From Leucoraja ocellata (Eukaryota): a stretch of 64,000 bases of DNA. The stretch is from contig JAWMAR010000118.1 of the NCBI GenBank assembly GCA_036785375.1, forward strand, positions 5,518,001-5,582,000. Direction: 5' to 3'. Positions within the stretch are counted from its first letter, which is position 1, and the number at the start of each line of letters is the position of its first letter. The notes beneath the pieces were generated by a model. It saw nothing but the letters and a program-made list of their open reading frames with translations. It was not told the origin of the DNA and ran no database searches. Both the position numbers and the translations under genes were made by a program. This document shows, one piece after another, positions 39,180 to 51,794 of this stretch.

Positions 39180-39451
39180 TGACTCATGCCTTCTGCTTTT
39201 ATCTCTGACCTTTGTTCCAATCATGTGCCTATCAAAAACCCCTCACCTGCATCCACTGCTTTGTCTTGCCTCTCCCCTCTTCTAGCTTTATCCTCCCCCC
39301 CCCCCCACCATACAAATAGTCTGAAGAAGGGTCTCGACCCAAAACATCACCTGTCCATGTTCCCCAGAGATGCTGCCTGACCTGCTGAGTTTATCTCACA
39401 CTTTGTATCCTTTTGTATATTAACCAGCACCTGCAGTTCCTTGTTTCTACA
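39180..39451 (+). mobile_element. Penelope-like terminal fragment
   Basis: Pyrimidine-rich tract, then AGTCTGAAGAAGGGTCTCGACCCAAAACATCACC...GATGCTGCCTGACCTGCTGAG...CTGCAGTTCCTTGTTTCTACA. Confidence 0.75.
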
Positions 39452-40026
39452 TAGTATGATATGCTGACATGGTAGGCAACACTACCAACTAGGGATGCAT
39501 TTCTAGGCAGTTTGCATTAGATTTAGGTGAGATTTTTGCTGGCCTTTTATCTGGTAAAACTATAATTTGTGAAAATCCTCCCTACAGCCAAATTCTCAAA
39601 CAGACGATGTTTATTGGTGTGAGAAGAGGTGCTCAACTAACTATTTATCAATTGATAACATTAATCGACTAATGATCATCCACTTGATTAAAAGTTTCAA
39701 TGTCATGCTTGTTTATTGTATTGGTATTCATTGTGTTTCACAATTAATCAGTGGTGTAAATTAAAATAATTGCACTCTTCATAAGTATTAAATGAAACAC
39801 TTTGTGTGTATGTTGAAATCTATTTGCCCTTACCCTGCTGAACACAAATAAATTAGGGGCACCTCCTCAACGTGAAATGGCCAAAATAAGAGCTGTCTTC
39901 ATCTAGAAGAGCAGCCATTGATCAAATATAATTACAACTTAAAATAAGTGATATTTATCTCCCAAAACCGACTGGTTTCATATTGCGGATGAAGAGAGAA
40001 AGCAATTTAGCTGACAGAGCCATTAA

Positions 40027-40250
40027 GTGTCATAGAGTCATATAGCATGGAAACAGACCCTTTGGCCCAGCTTGCCCATTGCCCTATCTGCACTAGTTTC
40101 ACCTGTCTGCATTTGGCTCATATCCCTCTAAACCTTTCCTATCCATGTACCAGTTTAAATGTCTTATAAATGTTGTTATAATTTCTACCCACCAGCCTCT
40201 GTGTGAGAAAGTTGCCCCTCAGTTTCTGATTAAATCTCTCCCCTCATCAT
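40027..40250 (-). mobile_element. CR1-type LINE 3' end
   Basis: CATAGAGTCATATAGCATGGAAACAGACCCTTTGGCCC...CATATCCCTCTAAACCTTTCCTATCCATGTACC. Confidence 0.8.
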
Positions 40251-40989
40251 CTTCAGATGAATTGAGGAGTTGAACTTGCTTTCAAAATAGATTTGGTGAG
40301 TGACTTCAGGAAACCAATGCTGCAAGGATTAAATCATTTTCAGAAGTAAGCTTCTTCTGCATAGCTTGAGATGGCTCCCAAGTATTCTGGATTTATTGGC
40401 ATGAGCAGATTGACCCAGAGGTCTGGTGAAGATATGGAAACTCATCATGGTGTCAATCCGGAAGTTGATGATGAGCTGCAATACCAGATTGCTTTTTTAA
40501 CTTAACAACATTTCTATTATATGGACCATAGAAATATACTACTTAGTTCATTCATTTTATCTGACAATTGCAAATGAGTTTGTGCAATCTTTATATTATC
40601 AGCCCTTCAATATCCTTTGATGGTCGAGCCCGGCCAGGGGCACATGGATTTGTAAAGGCTTCATTTGAACAGTGCACAGCTTCCTTGTGCCGACAGAATG
40701 TGCATCCATTTACAGACTCCTCCAAGACTTGTCAAGGGAATTTTTGCAATGAGTCCCATCTACCTTCTGCCAGATTATTTTTTATTCCCATTTGTTCTTA
40801 GGAAGTGTGTATCACTGGTGGAATCAGCATGCATTACTCATCAATAGTCCTGAAAAAATGTTAACCGCTGAATGACTTCAAAGTCATTTCACAGGTCAGT
40901 TAAGAGTCGGCAACAATGGTATGGGGTTGGAGTCATGTATGGCACAGGACAGTTGACGATATTAGTGAGTCAGTTGGATTTTTTAAAAG

Positions 40990-41175
40990 GAAGACACGAA
41001 GAACGGCAAATGCTGGAATCTTGTGCAAATTGCAAGATGCTGGTGGAACTCAGCACGTCAGGCAGTATCTGTGGAGAGAATGGACAGGTGACGTTTCATG
41101 TCAGGACCCCCTTCAGATTGCTCTGAGCATCCCTTTCACAGATGCAACCTGACCCACTGATTTCCTTCACCACTT
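40990..41175. mobile_element. Penelope-like inverted fragment pair
   Basis: Minus unit CTGAAGGGGGTCCTGACATGAAACGTCACC, followed by a plus-strand remnant CACAGATGCAACCTGACCCACTGA. Confidence 0.65.
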
Positions 41176-41344
41176 AGGATTTCTAAAATATACTATTTTA
41201 CCTCCTTGGTCATTATATACTTCCATATTTAAAAAAAAACACATTTCAAGCTTCCATGGTTATATTTAATACCATGTTTTATTTCACATTTTATATTTTC
41301 CTGATTTCCTGACCGGCTTTCATATTTTAATAGCTCTGGCTGTA

Positions 41345-41430
41345 TCGCAGGCAGGTGGACTAAGATGGGCAAGATGGGCCGAAGGGTCTGTTTCCACACT
41401 ATATTACTCTATGGCACTCTATCACTCTAC
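41345..41430 (+). mobile_element. CR1-type 3' tail
   Basis: GATGGGCCGAAGGGTCTGTTTCCACACT plus (ACTCTAT)n. Confidence 0.7.
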
Positions 41431-41510
41431 CCTAGACTAATAACACCAATGCAACATTACCACAGAGCTGGGTGGCAGTTACAAATACCTCTTGTTGCAA
41501 TGAAGGACAG

Positions 41511-41773
41511 NNNNNNNNNNNNNNNNNNNNNNNNNNNNNNNNNNNNNNNNNNNNNNNNNNNNNNNNNNNNNNNNNNNNNNNNNNNNNNNNNNNNNNNNNN
41601 NNNNNNNNNNNNNNNNNNNNNNNNNNNNNNNNNNNNNNNNNNNNNNNNNNNNNNNNNNNNNNNNNNNNNNNNNNNNNNNNNNNNNNNNNNNNNNNNNNNN
41701 NNNNNNNNNNNNNNNNNNNNNNNNNNNNNNNNNNNNNNNNNNNNNNNNNNNNNNNNNNNNNNNNNNNNNNNNN
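41511..41773. other. Assembly gap (263 N)
   Basis: Run of N. The ORFs spanning it are artefacts. Confidence 1.
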
Positions 41774-42139
41774 TGCTGCTGGACAACGATTTTATCATCA
41801 GGTCCCTGTGGTAAGCTTTGACTGTCAGTTTCGTGCCTTCTCACGAAAGGATGATACATACACCGGTGTCAATAAAAACGATTTTTTTTAAAACAGATTT
41901 TCTTTGATCTAATCAGCATCATAAAATATATAACCCTTTGATACGTTTAAGACCTTCAGTCAAACAATTGCTCATCTCCAATAGTGTCCTTTGATTGTTT
42001 TACAATAACTTTCTGTTTTATCTGCCATTGCTAAACAAATTCTAATTGCAACAGTATTTCGTTAGAATAAATGCCCAATTATCATTAACGTATCACCTTG
42101 TACAATATCTGGAACATATTGATGAAGAGTCTGAAGTGT

Positions 42140-42228
42140 CTATAGAAGGGCCCCAAGTCGAAATTTCAACTATCCTTCTCCTGGGATACTGCCAGACCCG
42201 CTGAGTTACTCCAGCATTTTGTGTCTTT
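42140..42228 (+). mobile_element. Degenerate Penelope-like terminal fragment
   Basis: GAAGGGCCCCAAGTCGAAA...GACCCGCTGAGTTACTCCAGCATTTTGTGTC. Confidence 0.65.
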
Positions 42229-43849
42229 GAAAAATATTGGATGTGTACTTGGTATCATTTCCAGTATCTATTTCTCACTAAAGACAGTTTCTTTGAAACA
42301 AGTACTGCGTCATGGGGCATGGAGCGGACTGGTTAAAATCTAATCCTCCCTGATTCTGCCCTCCGTGTGGGAATCCTTTCGTTTTATTTATACACAAATG
42401 GTAGAGTGAGATAATCTACTGCTAGTGAAAATGACAGCATTACCTGGAAAGCAGAATGTGACAGTAAGATGAAGGAATTTACTCTAGCAGAAGTCTTTAT
42501 TACCCTGGGCAATAATGTATCATGTAAACAGCGTTAGAGTAGAGACAGGTGATATGTACCCAATGGATTCAAGACAAACTACATGCGTAATCACTTTCAA
42601 ATCCATCAGGAAGTGGAGTTTTAACTAGAGAGAACCATTTCCAAGAATTTAGTCCTGGTAGAAGACCACCTTATAACATGTTGGATTACAAAAACACAAC
42701 ATTACAACATGCTCTGCACCTCACACATTTTTGCCATGTTTTTTTCTTTCCCTTTCATATAGCTAACTGTTTTAAATTCAATGGTATTTACGTTCATAAC
42801 TTTTCCTCTCGGCTTTCTGTCTAAAATTGCTTCTTGAATTAGGAAATGCTGTTCAAATTGCCTTTTTATTTTCCTGCTATAAAAATATAATTCCCCTATA
42901 ATGCTAAAACAACCACTTTTTTTTATTGGTGCTGTATTGAAACTACAGCAGTCCAAGTGACTATAATACAGTATATTGCTGGTGCTTCACACCACTTGCA
43001 ATATAAGTACTGTCAGTGTGGCATCCAACTTAATGCAGTTTTTTTAAAGCTCGACAGTTAAAGAGGCAAGCTTTCCATTTTCAACAAACTGTAAAGTGAA
43101 GCTCTGGTGGCAACTGTTTGCATTAAGTGGAAGACTCAGCAATATGATATATGCTAAGTGACCCTTGCTGCATGTACACTCCCCTGACACCCTAAGCCCC
43201 AGTATAATTCAAGAGAGCAATGTAAATCTCACTCCCTGCTGGGACCCCCATGATAGTACAGCAGAAAGTTCAAAGCACAAGTCGTTTCAGGCAACAGAAC
43301 TGCAACCTTTGTAAAATGCATGCTCAAAAATATTTGAATTTGAGACTACAGTTGGATTGAAATAAATCCAATAGCCTAGAAATTTGAATGCGTAGCAACA
43401 GAATAATTGATGTGCAGGAAAAAATGTGATGTGATATTAACCAATTTTGCATATATTTGTCAGAGATTTAACATCAATCCGTGAAAGAGTGTAAACTTCT
43501 TGGTATGTATTTTATGTAGCCTCGTCCTCTTTTTGTTTTCTACTGTCCAGATCACTCAAGTGATGGCAATAATGGTGTAACCTCCAGATTTTGTTCTTGA
43601 TGAGACATTGCATCACATTGAATTTATATAGTGACTGCTTTTATTCATTCCTAGGAATAACAGCTTTTAATACTGCCGAAGGTTGAACATGAATATAATT
43701 TAAATGGTCAAAAACATTTCTCCCACAGACAGGTAGAGTACAGTTCATCTCACTACAAAAACAAATTCTTAAATAGACTTCCACAAACCGGGATCACAGT
43801 CAATGACTGGGATCACAGTTACTTCCCCAAACTGGTATCCCAGACTCTT

Positions 43850-44000
43850 ATAAGTCAGAGGCATACAACATGGAAAAAGGCCCTTCAGGCCTACTTGCCG
43901 ATAATGACCAAAATATCCCATCTACACTAGCCCCACCTGTCCACGTTTGACACATATCCCTCTAACCCTTTCCGATCCATGTACCTGCCCAAATGTTTTT
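43850..44000 (-). mobile_element. CR1-type LINE 3' end
   Basis: CATACAACATGGAAAAAGGCCCTTCAGGCC...CATATCCCTCTAACCCTTTCCGATCCATGTACC. Confidence 0.78.
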
Positions 44001-44235
44001 TGTTGATTTTAGCAGGCTCCCCTCAGAATTAAGAGGCCAGAAATTCTCAAAGAAATCCTGCAAAAATAATGTAGGTGTGTGTCAGTCTGATGTACTGTGG
44101 GGGGGAAAAAAACAGGAAAAGGACATCTGACAGAAGAGGTGCCACCAATACCCATCCCCACCCAGACTTCATAGGGACAAATCCCTAATTAATGATTACT
44201 GCAACAATAATGTCAATGCAGGATATGCATCCTGT

Positions 44236-44728
44236 GGGGGCATAGATTTAAGGTGAGAATCTCTGGAATTCTCTGCCACAGAAGGTAGTTGAGGCCAGTT
44301 CATTGGCTATATTTAAGAGGGAGATAGATGTGGCCCTTGTGGCTAAAGGGATCAGGGGGTATGGAGAGAAGGCAGGTACAGGATACTGAGTTGGACGATC
44401 AGCCATGATCATATTGAATGGTGGTGCAGGCTTGAAGGGCCTAATGGCCTACTCCTGCACCTATTTTCTATGTTTCTATGTGAGAAGGGAAAGATTTTGA
44501 GTGAATCTGAGGGTCATCTTTTCACACATATAGGATGGTGGGTATATGGAACAAGTGCAGAGGAGGTGGTAGCGTCAGGTACAATTACAATGTTTAAAAG
44601 ACATTTGGATAGGCACATGGGAAGGAGAGTTTTAGAGACATAATAATGGGTTTAACTTAGATAGACATCTTGGTTGGCAGAGATGAGGTGAGATGAAGGA
44701 ACTTGTTTTTCCATGCTGTCTAACTGAA
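44236..44728 (+). mobile_element. Older CR1 3' end interrupted by a young CR1 copy (44260-44479)
   Basis: Host reads GGGCATAGATTTAAGGTGAGAA|...|GTGAGAAGGGAAAGATTT. GTGAGAA is duplicated at 44253-44259 and 44480-44486. The insert ends in (TTTCTATG)n. Confidence 0.88.
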
Positions 44729-44750
44729 TCTCATTCACAACTGTGCTCTA

Positions 44751-45010
44751 AAGGTTTCAAAGGTATTTTATTGTCACGTGTACCAATTAAGGTACAGTGA
44801 TATGAAAATTAACATACAGCCATACTACAGAAAAGCAACAACACAACTACATAAAAGTTGACATAAACATCCACCACAGCGGATTCCCTACATTCCTCTT
44901 TGTGATGGAAGGTAATAAAGTCCAATCTTCTTCCTCTTTATTCTCCCGCTATCAGGGCAGTTGAACCATCCGTCGGGGCGATCGAAGATCCTGCGACTTG
45001 GAGCTCCCAT
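44751..45010 (-). mobile_element. Non-LTR retroposon 3' fragment
   Basis: TTTATTGTCACGTGTACC...GGTACAGTGA tail shared with 46998-47090, and a CpG-containing body. Confidence 0.6.
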
Positions 45011-45025
45011 AGTTAGTCTCTGACA

Positions 45026-45391
45026 TTGAAACATATAAGATTATTAAGGGTTTGGACACACTAGAGGCAAGAAACATGTTCCCGATGTTGGGAGAGTCCA
45101 GAACCAGGGGGCCACAGTTTTTAGAATAAGGGGTAAGCCATTTAGAACGGAGACGAGGAAACACTTTTTCTCACAGAGAGTGGTGAGTCTGTGGAATCCT
45201 CTGCCTCAGAGGGTGGTGGAGGTCGGTTCTCTGGATACTTTCAAGAGAGAGCTAGATAGGACTCTTAAAGATAGCGGAGTCAGGGGATATAGGGAGAAGG
45301 CAGGAACGGGGTACTGATTGGGGATGATCAGCCATGATCACATTGAATGGCGGTGCTGGCTCGAAGGGCCGAATGGCCTACTCCACCTATT
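45026..45391 (+). mobile_element. CR1-type LINE 3' end (second subfamily)
   Basis: Reads IETYKIIKGLDTLEARNMFPMLGESRTRG...FSQRVVSLWNPLPQRVVE, with tail GGCTCGAAGGGCCGAATGGCCTACTCC. Confidence 0.9.
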
Positions 45392-46997
45392 CTTTGCCAA
45401 CTCTCTCCAGAAGCTGAACGTATGTTGGTTATATTGTGGTCAGAGCTATGAGGAAGGGGTTTTCCAACATCAGAAATTTGACCACTAACACCTACGAGTA
45501 GAGCAGCATGACATGGCAGGATCCACTCGTGCCGTTTTGGAACTGGGACTGACATGGTTATTCATGATTTTAAGCTATTTAAAATAGTATAGAGGAGACT
45601 GCGATCGTCATTTTAATGTTGGAGAAACAGTGCAGGTAAACGTCTAGGTCAATGTTTTATTTTTACTCAAGGATGGTCAAATGTTTTAAGCTTCCTACAG
45701 TATGTCTACCCATAAGAAAAAAACATGTACATATTGTGTAATATACATTTTTGATGTCGTAGTTGGCTTTCTTTTCAGACTGCAGGTCTGCAGTACCATC
45801 AGACTCGTATTCTGTAAAATTAAAATGCAATATTTAAAATCTACAATTTGAATCAACCATAGAACATAATACAATTTTTAATAGCCTTTGCCTCCAACAA
45901 TGTGAGAGAGAGTGATAAGTCTTGGATGCTTTATCGTCCAAAGTAAATTGAAGGTTTTATTGTTGAGTATTCTAGTTCAACATAGCGCACATTTTAACCT
46001 GAAATGTATGACCATAAACTTCATCATGTCTGTACTGTCACTGGGGAATGTTTAGCCATCTCTGCTTGAACAGGCAACATAGGTTGTGGTGTTTTGTTTT
46101 ATTGGTGAGGGATAATTCATTGAAATGTTCTAATTATTGATTGTGCTGCAATATTCTTAAAATGTCACTCATTCTGTTGTATGTAAATGGAAAACAATAA
46201 CAAATCAGGAGATTTTTTTTTTTAAAGCAAGAAATGTATATATTATTCATTAAGATATATTTGTAGACAGACACAAGTTGACCACAATCATGAAAGAATT
46301 TATGTGAGGTATATTGAATAAAAATTGAACAGGATTAAAAAAAAAAGAATAGTCATTTCATAAGGTGGGACAGGGTTGACATCTGGTAGTTCCAAAGCCA
46401 CTGCAGTAAAGCCCCAGGTCACAGAGGCAAGCTGCTTCTGCTATCCATAGATTTTCTCCCAAAGGGAGATGATCACCCTCTGGGGAAGGGAAATTAGGAC
46501 AAAATTAACAAAGAGATGGAAGATGCTGGATTTGCTAAATTGTTCCATTTGAAAAATAAGTTAGTTAAAGATGATAACACACATGTGTAATGTTGCATTA
46601 TTCCATGTGCAAAATAACAACAGGCAAGGTAGCGTATTAGTTGGGCACGGAGCAGTATCTGCCGGTGCTTGTTGATTATTAATTGTACGAGATGCCGTGC
46701 AGGATTCCATGTGACCTATGAAATTTTTAAAAAGCCTTGTTTCATCCATGTGCCTCTTGTAAAATAGATAATTAAAAAAAATAAACCAGATGTGCATTTT
46801 TCACATCAGATCAAAGGAGCTACATGAAACCATTTAATCAAATATGTTAAAATAAAGCTGCCTGCTAAAAACCTATTTGCTTCCAAATCTTCCTGTTAAT
46901 TTTGTCTGTTTGACAGGGAGGCAGATTTTATGAAATATATATAATATTTTTCTCTGAGCAAATGTTGTTGTGACTGTCAAGTTTTAATATAGTAGAT

Positions 46998-47090
46998 CTA
47001 GTTTGTTTAGTTTATTATCACGTGTACTGAGGTACAGTGAAAAGCTTTTGTTGCATGCTATCCAGACAGCAGAAAGACAAGGCATGACCT
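46998..47090 (-). mobile_element. Non-LTR retroposon 3' tail
   Basis: Reverse complement of the 29665 family. Confidence 0.7.
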
Positions 47091-47834
47091 AAAAACTGAT
47101 GAAAAGCAAAGATCTACTGTATTAAAACATGAAAGTCACAACATTTGCACGGAAAAAAATATTCATAGACAAAAATTATATATATTTTTAAACAGTATTT
47201 TTTATAACAAAATAAGATTGATTCCTAAAGTTATGAAATCTTAATATATATTAAGAAAACTGATTTTGAAAGCCTATGAGAAAAGTTGAGTTTAGGAGTT
47301 TGGGAATGCAGATGGAAGGTGCATCACAATGTACTTGGTTAGTGCCTGTTCAATATATTGTAGGTGGTATGCTCGCCTCAAATAGTCTGTTAACTGAGCT
47401 ATTCATTAGGAGGATGCTTCTGCAAGGGTCTAAGCCGATGGTGGAAAGCACTATTTAAAACGAGCTTGCTCTGCTTGAAGCTCGTCTCCCCTCCTAAAGG
47501 AAAGGTGCTTTGTTTCTGGATTCAATGCGAGCAAGTCTTCAACAATGGCTGCTTTCTGGGAAACAGTGAGGACCAGTGCCAATTTGGAGAGGGGGGGCGG
47601 GGGGGGGGGGTCTCTGAGGTTTGCGAGCAGTCTTTCATAGGTAGCATTGGTGGGGGAGTTGGAAATGATGTTTTGGCAGATGGTTAGGCGGGCATCAGAT
47701 ACAAAAGGAAAATATAATGGGGACAGATAGCCCTGCAGGTTAATCCCAAGATTCAAATCCAAAGACCTGAATGTGGCATGTTGACATTTTCATGACCTTA
47801 TTGTAGTGATCAAGGTCCGTGAATGCATTTTTAA

Positions 47835-48320
47835 TGGAGCTGTGTGGGGCAAGTATTTCACAGAGTGAATGGTGAGTGTCTGGAATGCATTGCCAGGGGT
47901 GGTGGCAGATGTATGTACAATAGTGGCATTTAAGAAGCTTTTGGATAGACAGATGAAAGTGCAGGGGGTAGAAGGATATGGGTCATGAATAGGCAGATGA
48001 GATCATAGAAACATAGAAATTAGGTGCAGGAGTAGGCCATTCGGCCCTTCGAGCCTGCACCGCCATTCAATATGATCATGGCTGATCATCTAACTCAGTA
48101 TCCCGTACCTGCCTTCTCTCCATACCCCCTGATCCCCTTAGCCACAAGGGCCACATTTAACTCCCTCTTAAATATAGCCAATGAACTGGCCTCAACTACC
48201 CTCTGTGGCAGAGAGTTCCAGAGATTCACCACTCTCTGTGTGAAAAAAGATCGGTTTGAACTGGCACAAACATTGTGGGCCAAAGGGCCCATTCTATTGT
48301 ATTGTTCTATGTTCTATTTT
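47835..48320. mobile_element. Older + strand CR1 3' end interrupted by a young - strand CR1 copy (48005-48247)
   Basis: AGATC is duplicated at 48000-48004 and 48248-48252. The host resumes with GGTTTGAACTGGCAC...GTGGGCCAAAGGGCC...(TGTTCTA)n. Confidence 0.88.
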
Positions 48321-48483
48321 CAAATGCCATATTCAACAAACTGCAACACTAGCCTCAGGCAATCCTCTATGTACAACCCACTAACAATATCCTTAAGTCA
48401 AGATGCGTATAAATATGAAGGTGGTGAGTTCCTGGACGGAACCACCCATGGAAAACCCACGCGGTCACCGGGAAATATAGTGA

Positions 48484-48680
48484 AATATAGAGACATAGAA
48501 AATAGGTGCAAGTGTAGGCCATTCGGCCCTTCGAGCCAGCACCGCCATTCAATATGATCATGGCTGATCATCCTAAATCAGTACCCCGTTCCTGATTTCT
48601 CCCCATATCCCTTGATTCCGTTTGCCCTAAGAGCTATATCTAACTCTCTCTTAAATACATCCAGTGAGTTGGCCTCCACA
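48484..48680 (-). mobile_element. CR1-type LINE 3' end
   Basis: CATAGAAAATAGGTGCA...GGCCATTCGGCCCTTCGAGCCAGCACCGCCATTCAATATGATCATGG. Confidence 0.88.
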
Positions 48681-49567
48681 ATTTTTTTTTAAATAGGACT
48701 GAGTGGTCATGCTATTGCATGTTCAGGGATACCTATTTAAGAGAGGCTGTTAGCTGGAGCATTGACCTCTAAAACGCGTGCTGGCAGAAGATCTATGGCA
48801 TGTTGATTGATGCTACAAGCAGCCTATACTGCATGCTTTCAATGAACATACAGTACGTGCATATTAATGCTCTTAATAATGTGGCGTTCAGCACAGTTTG
48901 TGCCAAATGTGTGCCCACATGTTGCAACAGTCATTTGGGCTGTCATGGGTCTATGGGCATTGCCTAATCCAGTTTTACCCTCTTTGACTTTGAGGATCAT
49001 TAGAAAGTTTTACACGTCAAATGTCTGGATAGTTCTAGTCCCAACATGATCATACACATTTCTTCCTACATGTCAGGTGCTTTGTAAATCCAGTTCCATT
49101 TCAACAAGATTTGCCAATAAAAGACAGTGTACATAATAGAGTATTAAAGATGTGTTAATCTTTCCCAATAGGAAGTAGCTTTTACCAGGATGTTAATAAC
49201 ATGGTCTGATCAGTAATGATGCTAATTGAATACTTTACTGCTGTGCAGCAGTTAGCATTTCAGGCAGAGGATTTTGAACTACTCAAAATATTTTAGCTTG
49301 ACCAGAAGTATTTCTTTTATTTTTTAAGTGAAATATTTGTGGAACATTGTTCTGTGCAGGAACATACAGGAATAAAACACTCTTGGCTCCTGACTACTTT
49401 TAGATCCTAATTTATGAAGATGGAGAGAATAAGTGCCATACTGATAGCAATATACACTGAGCTGTTTTAGCCCTTGTAATGACTAATAATTTGCCATTTT
49501 ATCCTCGTGCTAATGGACTTTTTTTTAAAATCTTTAAAGTTAAAAGTATTTTTCTATTGAAAGGTAT

Positions 49568-49822
49568 TAGTTTAGTTTTAAGATATAGCACAGAAACAGG
49601 CTCTTCAGCCCACCGAGTCATCACCAACCAGCGATCCCCGTACACTAACACTATCCTGCACACTAAGGGAAATTTACAATTTTTACCGAAGCTAAATTAA
49701 CCTGCAAACCTGTACATCTTTGGAGTGTGGGAGGAAACCGGAGCACCCAGGGAAAACCCACGTATTCTCGGGGAGAACGTACAAACTCCATACAGACAGC
49801 AGCCGTAGTGAGGATAACCCGT
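49568..49822 (-). mobile_element. SINE copy (V-SINE-like), 5'-truncated
   Basis: Reverse complement of the 10757 family: (TTTAG) tail, TTTGGAGTGTGGGAGGAAAC, GGGAGAACGTACAAACTC. Confidence 0.85.
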
Positions 49823-51794
49823 GTTGATTTGAACTTAATCAGGTAGGCGGAACAATAAAAGTAAAAAAATGTTGGATCGTTTGTTTTCTTGAAATTTTAG
49901 TCAGGGAGAACTATGAAATTACAAGTTGCAGGAGTGTAGAAAAAAAAATGAAGATTGAAAGCAGAGGTGGAAACATACTATTGTGAACAGCAAGTCTTGC
50001 CCTTCAACTAAGTGAAATTGGGAATGAGCTAACCCCTGTGAGTGGCATCCTGCAGCAGATGCCATTATCTGTGCTCTGCAGCTTTTTTTGGTGTCTGATT
50101 TATTATTAGGATCTGTTTATGCAAACAGCCATACAAATATTTAACCATTTGAAAGCAGCTCATAATCATTTGCTTTGCTCCTAATCTGCAGTGAAATAGT
50201 AAATCAGTGGTGATGCAAATAAAAATCAGGGTAAGTGAAACACAAGCCAAAAAAAAAGACTATTAATGGACAAATGTATAAAGCTTTCATACAATGTTGC
50301 ACAGTGCATTACCTCTCATAATAACAAAAGAGGACTCTCGTATGAGTGCACATGATTGTTCACTAATACAGCCAACACTATATTCTAACCTATAATGGTT
50401 AAGACCTCTGTAAGCGAATTGTATTGTACTGCATTGATGAATACTAACCATTTGGCCTTATCAGAAAGAAACCTCACAATTAAGTGGAAGATGTACTTTT
50501 TAGAAGAGGAATGAGAAAACGAGGTATCCCTTTCACTGAGGGCAGAAGGTTAACCATTACTTTTAAAAACAATATAGTCTGTGTTAGTAGTAAAAGTAGG
50601 TCAGTGCATTCAATGCATTAAATCACCTATTTAGTCTAGTAGATTTAACACAGATTTATTCAAATGATCATCAGTCTACTCAAGTTGTGCGTGGGCCAAT
50701 TCACCCAGCAGCTCCAGTAATAACCATCACAAGCCTCAGACGGTTATTGACTGACCAATTCTCTAGTTTGATGATGTTACATGGACTGACAGATCTACAA
50801 AAATGCTTATGCTGTAGGGAACGAGTTGGACAGGGCTTGGGTAGTCTACGTACAGCTAGAGGATTAGTCACGTAATCTCATCATGCATCAAAATATATTA
50901 ATCATTCAAATATGCAACCGTAAACTGATGCGGATATATTGTATCGGATCAGATATCACTTAACGTTGAAGTGATGGTCTTGAAATCCTCAGAATTGGAT
51001 TTGAAAATTGTTTCTCGATACTTCGCAATATTTATCAAGTTGGTGAAGTTTTTTCCAAACTAAGCACCTATGTAAGTGAACAAAATAGCGATAGATCTTG
51101 GTAACCCTCAATGCCAATGTTCCTTCAATCAAACAGTTTTGAAACATTACCTATAATAACACCTATCTTGGGACATTTCTAAGTAGCCTTATAAGCATGC
51201 AGTCTTTCCCTCTAAGAATAACAAAGGCAACACATGGGAACACCTACTGATTTCACTCAAAGTCGTACACTATCCCGACTCTGGAGTTTGTTGTTGACCT
51301 TTCATTTGCTGCAGAGTCTGAATGTTGGAGCTCCATACCAAAAGCAAAAATCACCATAAAGTTACCATTAGGTAATAAATGTTGGCTTTGCCTGCCATGC
51401 CCACACCCCATTAATATGGCAGAGGCCACAGGCTTCCATAATGGTGGATGATGGAAAGTCATCACCCACTTATTGGATCATTTTCTCTCTAAGTATCTCT
51501 GCCTCCTTAAAGCAGCGAATGATATATATATAAAAAGGATCCTAGTTTGGTTGGTGGACCAAATGTTCTGAATTTGGATGCTAGTGAATAGATGGGTCCC
51601 ATATGAGCTAGCACTACAACCCTGTGAAACATTACTCCAGTAAAAGAAAAAGAAGAGAAAAATCCCTCTGCAGGAGCTCCACATGCTTTATCATTCACCA
51701 TGACCAGGGTATCACCCCTTCCAATTTCTACAATAAGGAAAAGTAGAAGATAAGGTAGACTCAGTTATGGTGTTGCCCCTGGCTGAGCTTTAGA

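Noticed and set aside
41365-41891. Long ORFs of 113-149 aa
   Set aside because: Artefacts of the N gap.
47451-47762. Possible retroelement RT remnant (LSKLALVLTV)
   Set aside because: Similarity too weak to assign, and the ORF is inflated by a G-run.
48072-48557. 161-aa ORF sharing its start with the ORF at 13453
   Set aside because: Antisense frame of CR1 repeats.
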